Source of the DNA: a virus | Virus record (IMG/VR): IMGVR_UViG_3300036715_002050 | Location: 1 to 64,000 of that record | Reading direction: 5' to 3' (one strand) | DNA length: 64,000 nucleotides | In this document: one piece after another, positions 55,801-64,000 of the stretch | How positions within the stretch are numbered: position 1 is the stretch's first letter | Layout of the letters: each line of letters begins with the position of its first letter | Notes under the pieces: model-generated | Told to the model about the DNA's origin: nothing | The model's database searches: none | The model's input: the letters and a program-made list of their open reading frames with translations, nothing else | Program-made: the position numbers and the translations under genes

Positions 55801-58734
55801 GAAACCGTCTTTCAAGATGGCGTGCTTGTCGAACTTAAAGTAGACCCACTGAGTTGCAGCCAATCCGGTTGTAGAGCCCACAGTTACCGTAACCAAGCCG
55901 GTGGTGTGATCGTAGGAAAGCTGGCTGATACTATAAGCTAACTGACCCACGACGCTGATAGATTGTGCATGCCCCTTATTGGTGCCCAAGAAGTTAGTTG
56001 CAGAGTTATTGGTACCAGTCCAAGTGATTTGCCCACCGGCCCAAGTCATTGGGTCATCCAAGAATAAGACTGGGTTTAATCCCGGGACAACGTCATAGAC
56101 TTCTACGTTGCTCACCAAGTCATGGGTACCGATGTCGCTATTGCCCGACACCACGTTCCCCAAGTGACTTACTTGGTTAGCGGCAAACTTACGGATAGGC
56201 AAGCTTAACCCCAACAAGCCTGTAGAAACCGATCCAACCATGATAGAACCAGTTGCCCCAAAAGTGTCGGTGGTCAAAGTCAATTGATTACTTTGGGTGA
56301 CAGAAGCCACGAACCCTTTTGCACCCGCGTTGATGCTGGTTACGATAGCGTCAAGCCCTGTAATCGTAGCGGTCAACAGTACGTTTTGTGGAGGAACGGT
56401 AGCACGAACGAACGACACGCCTAGTGGATTAGCTAAGGCTGTTGTGCCGGGAGAGGTTAAAGAAGAGGCGGGTGCTTCGATTTCAAAGAAGTCCGTACCG
56501 CTCACTCCTACATTGGTCACCAGATAAGCGTTGGCAGGCATGCCTTGAGCCACCAAGTTAGTGTCCCACAAAATAACCCAATCACCTTGATCAACGAAAG
56601 AGTTGATCAAGTTAGTGGAGTTCAACGTATAACGGACCAATCCCGTAGAAGGGATAGACGAAGCAAACGTCGTAGAAGAGATGATAGCGGTAGAAAGTGG
56701 TGTAGCCGTTCCGTCAACAAAAACCCACATCGACCCAGTGGTGGAAATTGTTGGGTTGGATAGGGTGCCGGACGTTACCGAAGCGCGAGTAAAAGCAGAC
56801 CCAGCGGACAAAGAGTCGCCGGTAGACAGAGGAACCGTAAGCGCTAAGTTCCCGGTGTTACGGTTCAATGAGTAATCGTTGTTCAAGCCCGATCCGGAGA
56901 TAGAGCGCTTTGGGGCGGTACCGGTTACTGTGCCATAAGACAAAGAGAACATTCCTTTGGCAAACAGCGAAGAACTGGACTCGAACACGGTTACTTTGGC
57001 ATTGCTGTTATAGCCCAAGTTGCTGATCAAGACAATGTGATCTACTTCTACGATAGCCGTTACGCCCACGATCTTGTAATTAAAGACTTGAGCCCACGAT
57101 TGCAAACTGTTGGCCGCCGACATGGTGCTGTAACCGGTACCAGCATTGACGAAGTCGGCAGCACTGAAAGAATAAGTAACGGTTTGACGACCATCAACTT
57201 GCAGACCCAAGGTTTCGGTAGCTGCGCCAATGGTGCCGCTCCACGCGCCTTGTGGGGCGGTGCGCAGGCGAGCTTGTTGTCCATCCTTGTAAAGCAAGAC
57301 GTTGTTTTTGTACAGCTTTAATGTATAAGCTTTATCAACAGGGAATCCTAGAACCAAGTTGGCGTCGTTCGATGCACTGGTTGTAACCACTTGAATGTCT
57401 TCTTGGGTTTCTGTCTTGGCTAGCAACGAAAAGGTCGTAGCATCATCAGATAGTTGTGCTACATAAGGAAGGGATACGTCGGCATTGATCGAGGTCACAC
57501 ATTCGTATGCTGTAGCCGCTTGGGTGTTGGCGAACTCAGACGAAGAAAAAGAGTGTACGAATGTAAAGCCACCAACAGTCACGGTCAGTGGGGCTCCATT
57601 TTGCAAGAACCATGGTTGTTGGGTGGAAGTCTTCACAAACGCTTTGGCGATAGGCTTAGGTTGTCCCAACGTGAAATATTGTTCTCCACCGACAGCGGCG
57701 TCCACCAGAGTTTCGGTCCCAACCCCTTGACGGACTTCTTCATATCCAGTACCGTCGTCGATGTACAACGTGGTGGGCTGGCCGTTCTTTGCTACTAGCG
57801 AAGCCGAAGTAATGCGCTTGTTTTCGTCCGCATTGATTAAGCCACGAACGCCGTTCAAGATCGCGGTATCGGTACCTTGCGTGCGAGATTGACGAGCTAG
57901 ACGGATGGCTTGACGGATCTGTTCATCGTTCCACGCGTCTACACCATTACCAATAGGTAATGGGTTGTTGAAGCTTGCACCCGAAAAAGGTGCCGTGGAA
58001 ATGATATTAATGGAATTAGCGATAACGTTACCGACCGACCCGGGCTGAGTACATACAACCGGAACAGAGTTAGAAAAGGTTTCGCCGTCAGGTAGCGTGG
58101 CTACGTCTAAGGTTCTATAAGAGAGGGGCTGAACTAACCCCGTAGAACCGGTTTGGACTAGTTGTCCAGTTGCCACCACACGATTGCCACCTTGGGCCAA
58201 TGTAACTTGCTCCAAGACATTGTGGAACTTGGTCGTAGGAGTTGACAAAGTAAACGTCCAATAATTCCCGTTGTTGACCACGTTGGTGTAAGTCAACGGC
58301 CCTTCTTGGTTTACCGTATTGCGACCGATGTAAAGCTTGCCCGTACCAGTAAAGAAGCTACCGTTGGTTACGTTGACTGTTGTAGATCCGGCCAACACTG
58401 CGGGCAAGCCTGGATAAACCGTAGACGAGATTTTAGTAAAGGACGTGTCGATGAATTGGCCGCTACCATAAGCTGGCGCATTTTGTTGTACCGTCACCTT
58501 TTCATCGGCGGCGATTTTTAGCAAGCCATCACCAGAAGCGTTGTCCAAAGAAACGGACGTCAACATTTGGAACAAGCTTTGTTCGGCCTTAGTGTCCCCT
58601 TGTGCGGCTAGCTCAAACACCGTCAACAATGGGTCGTTGACCGGCAACCCGGTGATGCCGGTGCGGCTGAAGAACTTGTTCAACATATCACCGACAAATT
58701 GCTGGAACGAATGTGGTTGCGGTAGTTTAGCCAT
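52858..58734 (-). CDS. Giant baseplate J/gp6-like wedge protein (1958 aa)
   Basis: N-terminal A.G..L..IA, C..PG..GN, G.D...DE..R, GT..AI; C-terminal IN...VGQ.I..S.IV.....V.GV..V. Confidence 0.82.
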   Translation of the reverse strand: MAKLPQPHSFQQFVGDMLNKFFSRTGITGLPVNDPLLTVFELAAQGDTKAEQSLFQMLTSVSLDNASGDGLLKIAADEKVTVQQNAPAYGSGQFIDTSFTKISSTVYPGLPAVLAGSTTVNVTNGSFFTGTGKLYIGRNTVNQEGPLTYTNVVNNGNYWTFTLSTPTTKFHNVLEQVTLAQGGNRVVATGQLVQTGSTGLVQPLSYRTLDVATLPDGETFSNSVPVVCTQPGSVGNVIANSINIISTAPFSGASFNNPLPIGNGVDAWNDEQIRQAIRLARQSRTQGTDTAILNGVRGLINADENKRITSASLVAKNGQPTTLYIDDGTGYEEVRQGVGTETLVDAAVGGEQYFTLGQPKPIAKAFVKTSTQQPWFLQNGAPLTVTVGGFTFVHSFSSSEFANTQAATAYECVTSINADVSLPYVAQLSDDATTFSLLAKTETQEDIQVVTTSASNDANLVLGFPVDKAYTLKLYKNNVLLYKDGQQARLRTAPQGAWSGTIGAATETLGLQVDGRQTVTYSFSAADFVNAGTGYSTMSAANSLQSWAQVFNYKIVGVTAIVEVDHIVLISNLGYNSNAKVTVFESSSSLFAKGMFSLSYGTVTGTAPKRSISGSGLNNDYSLNRNTGNLALTVPLSTGDSLSAGSAFTRASVTSGTLSNPTISTTGSMWVFVDGTATPLSTAIISSTTFASSIPSTGLVRYTLNSTNLINSFVDQGDWVILWDTNLVAQGMPANAYLVTNVGVSGTDFFEIEAPASSLTSPGTTALANPLGVSFVRATVPPQNVLLTATITGLDAIVTSINAGAKGFVASVTQSNQLTLTTDTFGATGSIMVGSVSTGLLGLSLPIRKFAANQVSHLGNVVSGNSDIGTHDLVSNVEVYDVVPGLNPVLFLDDPMTWAGGQITWTGTNNSATNFLGTNKGHAQSISVVGQLAYSISQLSYDHTTGLVTVTVGSTTGLAATQWVYFKFDKHAILKDGFYYIQTLIGGTTFTINAELGGTNIIQVTSGKAFLSIATTRTDQAIVPTVANTSYNSTRPYSISPTDNLSVTIDQNEVAQNYLLSMYRRVQPGVGQTYVQNNVVLRDLDNSLGSLYNAWGAFDFSDFAVYAKAKTVSDPGSATKAVKWSATRFGPEGNGLRMRYTYGTAANSPVGASTTSSEFFYNNVTLATGADKGKYGLSASSAASSYHNGFPSLATVVFGFDLPAGAITSSGAGSYFALNFASQLPVGTITDLTHTLKAGGSLYVYSATPDAGLPNGVYTVDSFGGSVARTTQLSTGAYTSTVSYAVALCTAGAATPIQVNFLGGTALAIGDIVNLGIFPYINGTHSISAVTKWSFTMITDVENTYPYIQDVMVPLLSTSNIAFYPLNAGANTTGAIVTAVNALTNSPLTGFLVGDGTGTVTQSSEDQYYNATVTLPFYELAGGVNYVSSSNITAGTSTVSFKIDPSVQEPQISGSNSFNFANEELRLVPITAPTFVRYLQSSAVGGLFSNAQSQTALNGHSLQENTFTIGSAGSVQTTGGSANAAQAAIFGTGTSAQGWWNGYVTVKTNATTGFLGGSWCKIQNSATPPKNVFSTTDTLASSTNVLTVVKSGGLGTVSLVLGSGNWTVRKEGRFVCFHIVGGFFDWLTAFGGTDGGGYVMVRNSFSSANQGPFRVVRSSMTGFWIENTLAVEEQVASISAGCMQFMSSTSIVPGDQFHLQNNLLGAANNGTWTVVDIPAVVGTYSSVTLSKTLGAVSAVACGPQAASTYFTLASPDVFYKQIKNIQLNPADPAYSDILFYDESNYGSISNANGSVVSVLDKLSFPVALAIGQDGYSVDTGLIHTANQTVYGDPAAPDAFPAIAASSANINIQGPTVKRTQVSLVIRVRSGTLSDISITNEIINRVRSAAASVINNSAVGQPIPLSQIVAAAEMVSGVTSVAILSPTYNAGNDLISVQPYEKALVINLTQDVSVNVVGE

Positions 58735-58793
58735 GAATGATTGCTCCGGAAAACGGGTAAGGTGCTTGCATTATACTATGTAGGGGATGTTAA

Positions 58794-58800
58794 AAGATTA
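58794..58800 (-). promoter_or_regulatory. Candidate late promoter motif TAATCTT (a TATAAT also lies at 58770-58775)
   Basis: Third intergenic copy of the heptamer upstream of a structural gene. Confidence 0.4.
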
Positions 58801-58813
58801 CCTTATGGTTGAT

Positions 58814-61321
58814 TTATACGAAATCGACAGCCAAAGGTAATGTGTGATTTGTCCCAGTCACTTGCAAGGTAATAGTTAAGCGAGTCACAGGGCCATTTTG
58901 GGTGACAGCTACGCCCAACACCTTGGAGAAGCGAGCGTCGTTCGCAAAAAGATTAGTGGCGGCTTGTAACAGGTCGTCTGCCGTAATGTCGGCAGTCGTT
59001 TCACCGACGCCTAAGTCGATACCGAACCCGGGGTGCTGCAACAAAGCGCCCAGTGGAGTGCTCAATGCAGCACGGGCGGACTGGACCAGAACTTGCAAGC
59101 CGAAAGCCCAACGTGTACCACTATTATTGGTTACCACGATGTCGTTGTTGTTGTCTAATAATAGTGTCACACCACCAACGTTCAACAAGCCGTCGTAGTT
59201 GTTAACGCCCGGCAACGAAGCCAACAACGTATTTTCTTGAGCTGGTTTAAAGGACGGTATGAACACCAGCTTTTGAGATGACAAAGTGTTTGGCAAGTAA
59301 GCACGGATCACAGCCTGTTGGGATACCAACAAGTTAGACACAGATTGGTCTACTGTAATGGCCCACGACGTTCCTTGTTGTTGGATAGACAACACGTGAC
59401 ATAAGAATTGCGGTACGTTATTGGAGTACACGTAGACTGAAGACCCGACGCGCAAATTGGTGGCATCACTAACGAAGAACAAGTTGTTACTACCGTTAGA
59501 CAAAAATGGCAATGTAAACCCGGTTTCATCTACATAGGGTTCGTTCAATCCATTCAACGTTACGATTTCCAAAGCACGGTTCGCGTCACCCAAGTATTGC
59601 AACGCCAACTGTTCGATTGTAGCCCCATAAGGAAACGGTACAGCGAACTTGGACGTGGGTACGTCGTATTGGATGCCACTTGCTGCAGCCAAGTTCGCTA
59701 CGTAATTGATAGACGGTGGAATGACATTGATAGCCGCTTGACGCGCTTGTAACGCCAACAAATCATAAGCGTCCACAGCTTGCTGGATGTTGTAAAGCAT
59801 TTCGTAGTCAGCATCGGTTGCCGTACGCACGGGGGCTTTTAGAGGAGATCCAGTGACACGGTCATAAGTGTCCGACCCAATCCCTAAAGCGTTAGCCAGG
59901 TTATCAGCTAAAGCTTGCAAGTTGTCACGGGTTTGGCTAAAATAAGGGTAGTCAAATTGACGGACGCGTTGTACTTCTTGATTGATGCTGCGTGAGATTG
60001 AAGGCGCGATGGTCAAGCTCCCCAATGGCAGTTGTCGAAACAAATCGTGGTACACATCGGGATGTTCGAAAACGCTGTTTAATGGGTCCGCCGCAGAAAC
60101 GTTTCTTGAGTACACAGCTAACGTCGCACGAGGGTTTTGTGCTGAGTACAAAGCCTTGTTGACCGTGTAAGCTCGATCAAACAAACCAAAGATCACATCG
60201 GGATCAAACGACACTCCTTGACGGTTGATATTGACACCCACATCGCCCCAAGCTCTGACAACGGAACTTTGTAAATCCAACACAAGGTTAGCGGGCAATT
60301 CATAGACAGCTACCGAGGTAGACACGGCGTCCTTGCAAAACAAAGCGGTTTCGCGTAATGGTTCGAACAAAACCTGTTTGATATCAGAACGTAAAGCCAG
60401 CAAGATTTCTTGTGATCCCAACAAAGCTTGACGCACCTCTTCAATCTTGGCCAAAGCATTAACGATCAACTTTTTCTTGGACGCAGGCTTCTTCAAGGCT
60501 GGCGTAGGATTTACTGGGCGGTCTGTCGAAATACGCGCCCAAGCCTTCAACACCAAGCTGTAAGTGATTTCTAGCGGGGAAGAAACGGATTGGTTGATAT
60601 CGAAGCGGACCGGCGTTACGATGTAGGTGGACGAGTCCTTGTAACGAGCAAAACCCAAACGCAAGTCGTTATTTTGAGAAGACGTCTTTAATTCTGCGTA
60701 GGTTTCTAAGAACTCTTTCAAGATATGGTATTGGAAGAACCCTGTAGAAAAAGCTTTCAAGTTGCTTGGATCGATATCACTGGTGGTAGTCTTCTTGAAC
60801 ACATTTGAAGCATTCAAGTCTTTGTTAGAAATAGATTGGACAGCCGTACCGACATTGGACACAGCCGACGCTGTACCCGCAAAAATCACGGAACCAATAG
60901 AGGCATTCAAGTCAGCGTCAGCAGATAAAGCATTAGCTTGTGGACGTAAAACGGTCACGCCAAACGAGCTGCGCACAGAGATCATGCGGAATGGTGCTCC
61001 GCCGTGCTCCTCCACAATCCCTGCGAATGTAGGGGTAACCGTAACGGCAAACGGTGTAGAGATAGAAAACTCTTGTGGCGTAATGGGCAACGTAAAGCTA
61101 GCTAAGATTTTGTAGTTCTTGGAGGCGTCTAAGATTTGTAATTGGTAAGGTAGCGCTTGGTTCCACAATGCTTCATTGATGACCGGCTGCTTGAAGAACA
61201 ACGGGGTAACGAGATCGATCTGGAACAAAGCTTGAGCGATCTCCACGTTGTTTTGGGAGTTGTTGTTGACCGCTTCTTGTGTGTAGTCCCACGGATCTAC
61301 AATCTTTTTGATGTCTGCCAT
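58814..61321 (-). CDS. Multidomain baseplate protein (tube-initiator-like + LysM-like + gp25-like)
   Basis: LPITPQEFSI N-terminus; GATIEQLALQYLGDANRALEIVTLNGL; LSTPLG.L..HP.FG...D.RF C-terminus. Confidence 0.7.
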   Translation of the reverse strand: MADIKKIVDPWDYTQEAVNNNSQNNVEIAQALFQIDLVTPLFFKQPVINEALWNQALPYQLQILDASKNYKILASFTLPITPQEFSISTPFAVTVTPTFAGIVEEHGGAPFRMISVRSSFGVTVLRPQANALSADADLNASIGSVIFAGTASAVSNVGTAVQSISNKDLNASNVFKKTTTSDIDPSNLKAFSTGFFQYHILKEFLETYAELKTSSQNNDLRLGFARYKDSSTYIVTPVRFDINQSVSSPLEITYSLVLKAWARISTDRPVNPTPALKKPASKKKLIVNALAKIEEVRQALLGSQEILLALRSDIKQVLFEPLRETALFCKDAVSTSVAVYELPANLVLDLQSSVVRAWGDVGVNINRQGVSFDPDVIFGLFDRAYTVNKALYSAQNPRATLAVYSRNVSAADPLNSVFEHPDVYHDLFRQLPLGSLTIAPSISRSINQEVQRVRQFDYPYFSQTRDNLQALADNLANALGIGSDTYDRVTGSPLKAPVRTATDADYEMLYNIQQAVDAYDLLALQARQAAINVIPPSINYVANLAAASGIQYDVPTSKFAVPFPYGATIEQLALQYLGDANRALEIVTLNGLNEPYVDETGFTLPFLSNGSNNLFFVSDATNLRVGSSVYVYSNNVPQFLCHVLSIQQQGTSWAITVDQSVSNLLVSQQAVIRAYLPNTLSSQKLVFIPSFKPAQENTLLASLPGVNNYDGLLNVGGVTLLLDNNNDIVVTNNSGTRWAFGLQVLVQSARAALSTPLGALLQHPGFGIDLGVGETTADITADDLLQAATNLFANDARFSKVLGVAVTQNGPVTRLTITLQVTGTNHTLPLAVDFV

Positions 61322-61333
61322 GTTCTTTCCTTT

Positions 61334-62326
61334 TTACGAAGATTCTGTTGTGACAGAAATAGCGATTCCCGGAGTGACGGTTGCCGTTTGGGTTTCGATT
61401 GTGGGTAACAAAGCCGCGCAAGCGGTTTGTAGAGCGACTGCCGACGGGATTAATGGCTTGAAAGGGATGACCGGGGCAGGAGGCGGTGTCGCATTCAAAA
61501 TCCCCAGCAAAGTCGCAGTAAAAGTAGACAAGCTAGTAACGGCTGCCGTAAGGGCTGCTTGTTGGGCTTCAAAAGCCGACACATATTCCGGGTCAGCACG
61601 TAAGATTGGGTAGTTGGGACCGACGCCGTTGGTCAGCGTGATTGACGGCGCTTGCAAGTTGATGGTCTGCGTGGTAACAATAGACAACGCGCCCTTGGAC
61701 AGCGTAGCCGAGTCCCCCGAGTCGTTCTTGAACACCAACGACCCGTCTGCCGTCATTGAAGCTTGGGTGTAGTTGCTGGTCAAGTCTTTGGCTTGTCCGT
61801 CGATATCGGTTGGTCCTTTGTGCGTCAAAGCGACTGAACCGTCATCGTTGATGGACAAGTTTACTCCGTTGAACTCCCACACGAAATGGTGTCCTAGGTT
61901 TGGGTCGTCTATCGGACGATATTTTGTTTTAGCTGCTCCAATAATAAAAGGCTGTGAACTGTTGCCGTTATTGCAAAGTAATAACACGACTGACCCCTTA
62001 GATACCAATCGTCCATTTTCGTTTGTGACCGGATCGGCTCTAAGAGTGTATTCACTATAGTCGGCTGCATTGCCGAACATGTTACTTAATATGCAATTTC
62101 TAAACAAAATAGGTGTTTGTTTACCGCGCCCACGGCTCAAAAAGGCCATAACATTATATTCAGTCACATACTTGCTCTTGTTAAGTGGATTGTTGATGTC
62201 ATAAACGTCAACGACGTATCCTGTAGTCAAGTTATCGCTGTTAAAGATTTGATCCATAGCGGTAGCTGTACGCCCAGGTACGCGTACATCACTTTGACTA
62301 TAAGTTCCGTCTCCATTGTAACCCAT
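61334..62326 (-). CDS. Baseplate central spike (gpV/gp5-like)
   Basis: OB-like GSVVLLL...G...PFIIG followed by short beta repeats; between hub and gp25-like genes. Confidence 0.65.
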   Translation of the reverse strand: MGYNGDGTYSQSDVRVPGRTATAMDQIFNSDNLTTGYVVDVYDINNPLNKSKYVTEYNVMAFLSRGRGKQTPILFRNCILSNMFGNAADYSEYTLRADPVTNENGRLVSKGSVVLLLCNNGNSSQPFIIGAAKTKYRPIDDPNLGHHFVWEFNGVNLSINDDGSVALTHKGPTDIDGQAKDLTSNYTQASMTADGSLVFKNDSGDSATLSKGALSIVTTQTINLQAPSITLTNGVGPNYPILRADPEYVSAFEAQQAALTAAVTSLSTFTATLLGILNATPPPAPVIPFKPLIPSAVALQTACAALLPTIETQTATVTPGIAISVTTESS

Positions 62327-64000
62327 TTAGTCTCCCGTAACATTCAGCACCGTACTACCTTGAGGTCCGTGATCGTTTGTGTAGCCCGTAGGTGGCATGA
62401 AGTCTGGCCACATGTCTTCTGTCGTGTTTAATATTTGCGATTCAGGGATATTCAAACCGTTTGAGATCCCAATGTTGGTTGAAAACGAAATTGTACCTGT
62501 CAAACTTCTGGAGAAAGAATGAGTTATATCCTCGATGTGGTACAAGATGTTATCAAACTCTAAATTGTCGCCAATACAAATCGGGTCAAAGATTCCCATA
62601 CAAGAAATAGAACCACTGTAACGCAGATGATTAGACATAACTCTATCAGCAATTAAACGCGTCCATTTTACCGCTTCTTCTCCAGCCGAGTTGATGTTAG
62701 AAGAGGTCACTACCGTTTGAAAAACGTAAGGCAACACGCCATTAGCTTTCATATTGATGAAATCAATCGACGCAGGGAAAGCGGCTTTTTCAACCTCTAA
62801 CGTATCCTTGTCTGAGCCCGGAGAAATTCCACCAGACGATAGCACTTCCACGTAGTTAGCTCGCTGTTCGGAACTACGGCCAACCTGTAATCCCATAACC
62901 AGTCTATCCGGAATCACCCATCTTGGCAGCGCGTAGTATTGACTGGTTCCTTCGATGATAGCAGCACAAAAAGGGGTGGAAAGCGGGACTTGGCGGGCGA
63001 TGATGTAAGGATAGATCAAACCATCTGGACCCAATCTTAACGTAGTATACATTTCATTAATTGGTCGATTTACACTTGAATCAACGATGGACCACAAGGG
63101 CTCGTTGGTCAAGGGATTCATATAAGCCGAGTCACGACGACCGTCTAGTGGCTGGTCTGTGCGATTAATAAACCCGCTAGGTAACGCCGGGTTATTTTCA
63201 CTTCTAAAAAAAGGGTCAACTAATAAATTGGGAATTTCTGAATCCTTATTGGGAACTGGATAGAATCCCGTAGCGTCATAGTGTTGATTACCCCCTAGAT
63301 ATTTGATAACATCGGTGTATGTCGGAGTATTCGAAGAAACACTACCGAAGAATCCAGCAATCACTTTCGGGATGATAAACGATCCGTTATAGTGACGGGC
63401 TGAATCAAAGTTTCCCGGAGTGTCTCGCTCACTATCGCCCGGCCCCTTGCCCAAAAAGATAGAAAACATCAAAGGAATGTAGTTATCGATTTCGTAAAGG
63501 ATCGGGTCGTTAGTGGCTTCTAAGTTTACTACTTGAGAGGCCATGTTAGTCAACCCTTCCAATTGCGTGTCGGTGGTGCGTTGGTAATATGGGTCGTAGT
63601 AAATCTTAGATCCTAACTCGCGGAACATCGTGCCACTCACTTGGATTCTACGACTTTTAACCCCTTCTGCAGTTACTTGGATGCTTTTTGTTATACTATT
63701 GATTCTGCCCAAAAACTTTAATCCATTTTTGGGGTCATTGATAGCGGATTTGGTGTCTGCGGCAGCTTGAATTGCAACACGTAGAGCTTGTGCACGGTCC
63801 GCTCCATCTACGATGCAGCAAAAAACCCAATCGTCTGGATAAACATTGAACATGACTTGGTTATTAGCGTCGACCAAGGATAAAGAAATATTGTGGATAT
63901 AGTTGCTTTTGTTAGAATTGATCGTACCGCTTACCAAAAAGTCTTCCAAAAAGAAGACTTTTTGTTTGATAGCGTCGGCTACGGCTTCGTCCGAAGTACG
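62327..64000 (-). CDS. Baseplate hub protein (gp27-like), 5' end outside the window
   Basis: Frame stays open past TTG 63949 to the window edge; C-terminal SGSI...G....I.IGDNL.F....YHIE.ITHSF. Confidence 0.7.
   Translation of the reverse strand, partial: RTSDEAVADAIKQKVFFLEDFLVSGTINSNKSNYIHNISLSLVDANNQVMFNVYPDDWVFCCIVDGADRAQALRVAIQAAADTKSAINDPKNGLKFLGRINSITKSIQVTAEGVKSRRIQVSGTMFRELGSKIYYDPYYQRTTDTQLEGLTNMASQVVNLEATNDPILYEIDNYIPLMFSIFLGKGPGDSERDTPGNFDSARHYNGSFIIPKVIAGFFGSVSSNTPTYTDVIKYLGGNQHYDATGFYPVPNKDSEIPNLLVDPFFRSENNPALPSGFINRTDQPLDGRRDSAYMNPLTNEPLWSIVDSSVNRPINEMYTTLRLGPDGLIYPYIIARQVPLSTPFCAAIIEGTSQYYALPRWVIPDRLVMGLQVGRSSEQRANYVEVLSSGGISPGSDKDTLEVEKAAFPASIDFINMKANGVLPYVFQTVVTSSNINSAGEEAVKWTRLIADRVMSNHLRYSGSISCMGIFDPICIGDNLEFDNILYHIEDITHSFSRSLTGTISFSTNIGISNGLNIPESQILNTTEDMWPDFMPPTGYTNDHGPQGSTVLNVTGD

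Noticed and set aside
1-64000. Alternative genetic code (stop-codon reassignment)
   Set aside because: Long genes are intact under the standard code and TAA ends most genes; only one suspicious in-frame TAA was seen
1-64000. CRISPR array, tRNA, rRNA, integrase, reverse transcriptase/DGR
   Set aside because: No spaced direct repeats, cloverleaf or such motifs recognised by eye; dedicated scans were not run

Overview
A 64 kb segment of a large contractile-tailed (myovirus-type) dsDNA phage genome with three transcription blocks. (1) A minus-strand arm (18139 to 1): SF2 helicase, sigma-70-like factor, GroES-like protein, SbcD-like nuclease, terminases, portal, prohead protease, scaffold, SPO1/Twort-like major capsid protein and a truncated virion protein. 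(2) A plus-strand arm (18600 to 45622): GroEL, SbcC, RuvC-like resolvase, class II ribonucleotide reductase, metallophosphoesterase, DnaE, gp32-like SSB, UvsY-like protein, RecA, primase, DnaB-like helicase, ClpP and a spanin-like protein. (3) A minus-strand baseplate/tail/lysis arm (64000 to 45662). The best-supported unusual feature is a fractured dnaE: two ORFs carrying N- and C-halves of a split intein at the same site as the cyanobacterial split DnaE intein, separated by an overlapping Vsr-like homing endonuclease gene. Also notable: a remote GroEL/GroES-like pair, a long prohead protease with recurring Lys motifs and an in-frame stop, several small genes broken by 1-2 nt indels, leaderless promoters and a candidate TAATCTT late promoter. 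No rRNA, tRNA or CRISPR array was recognised. All family assignments come from motif recognition by eye, not database searches.
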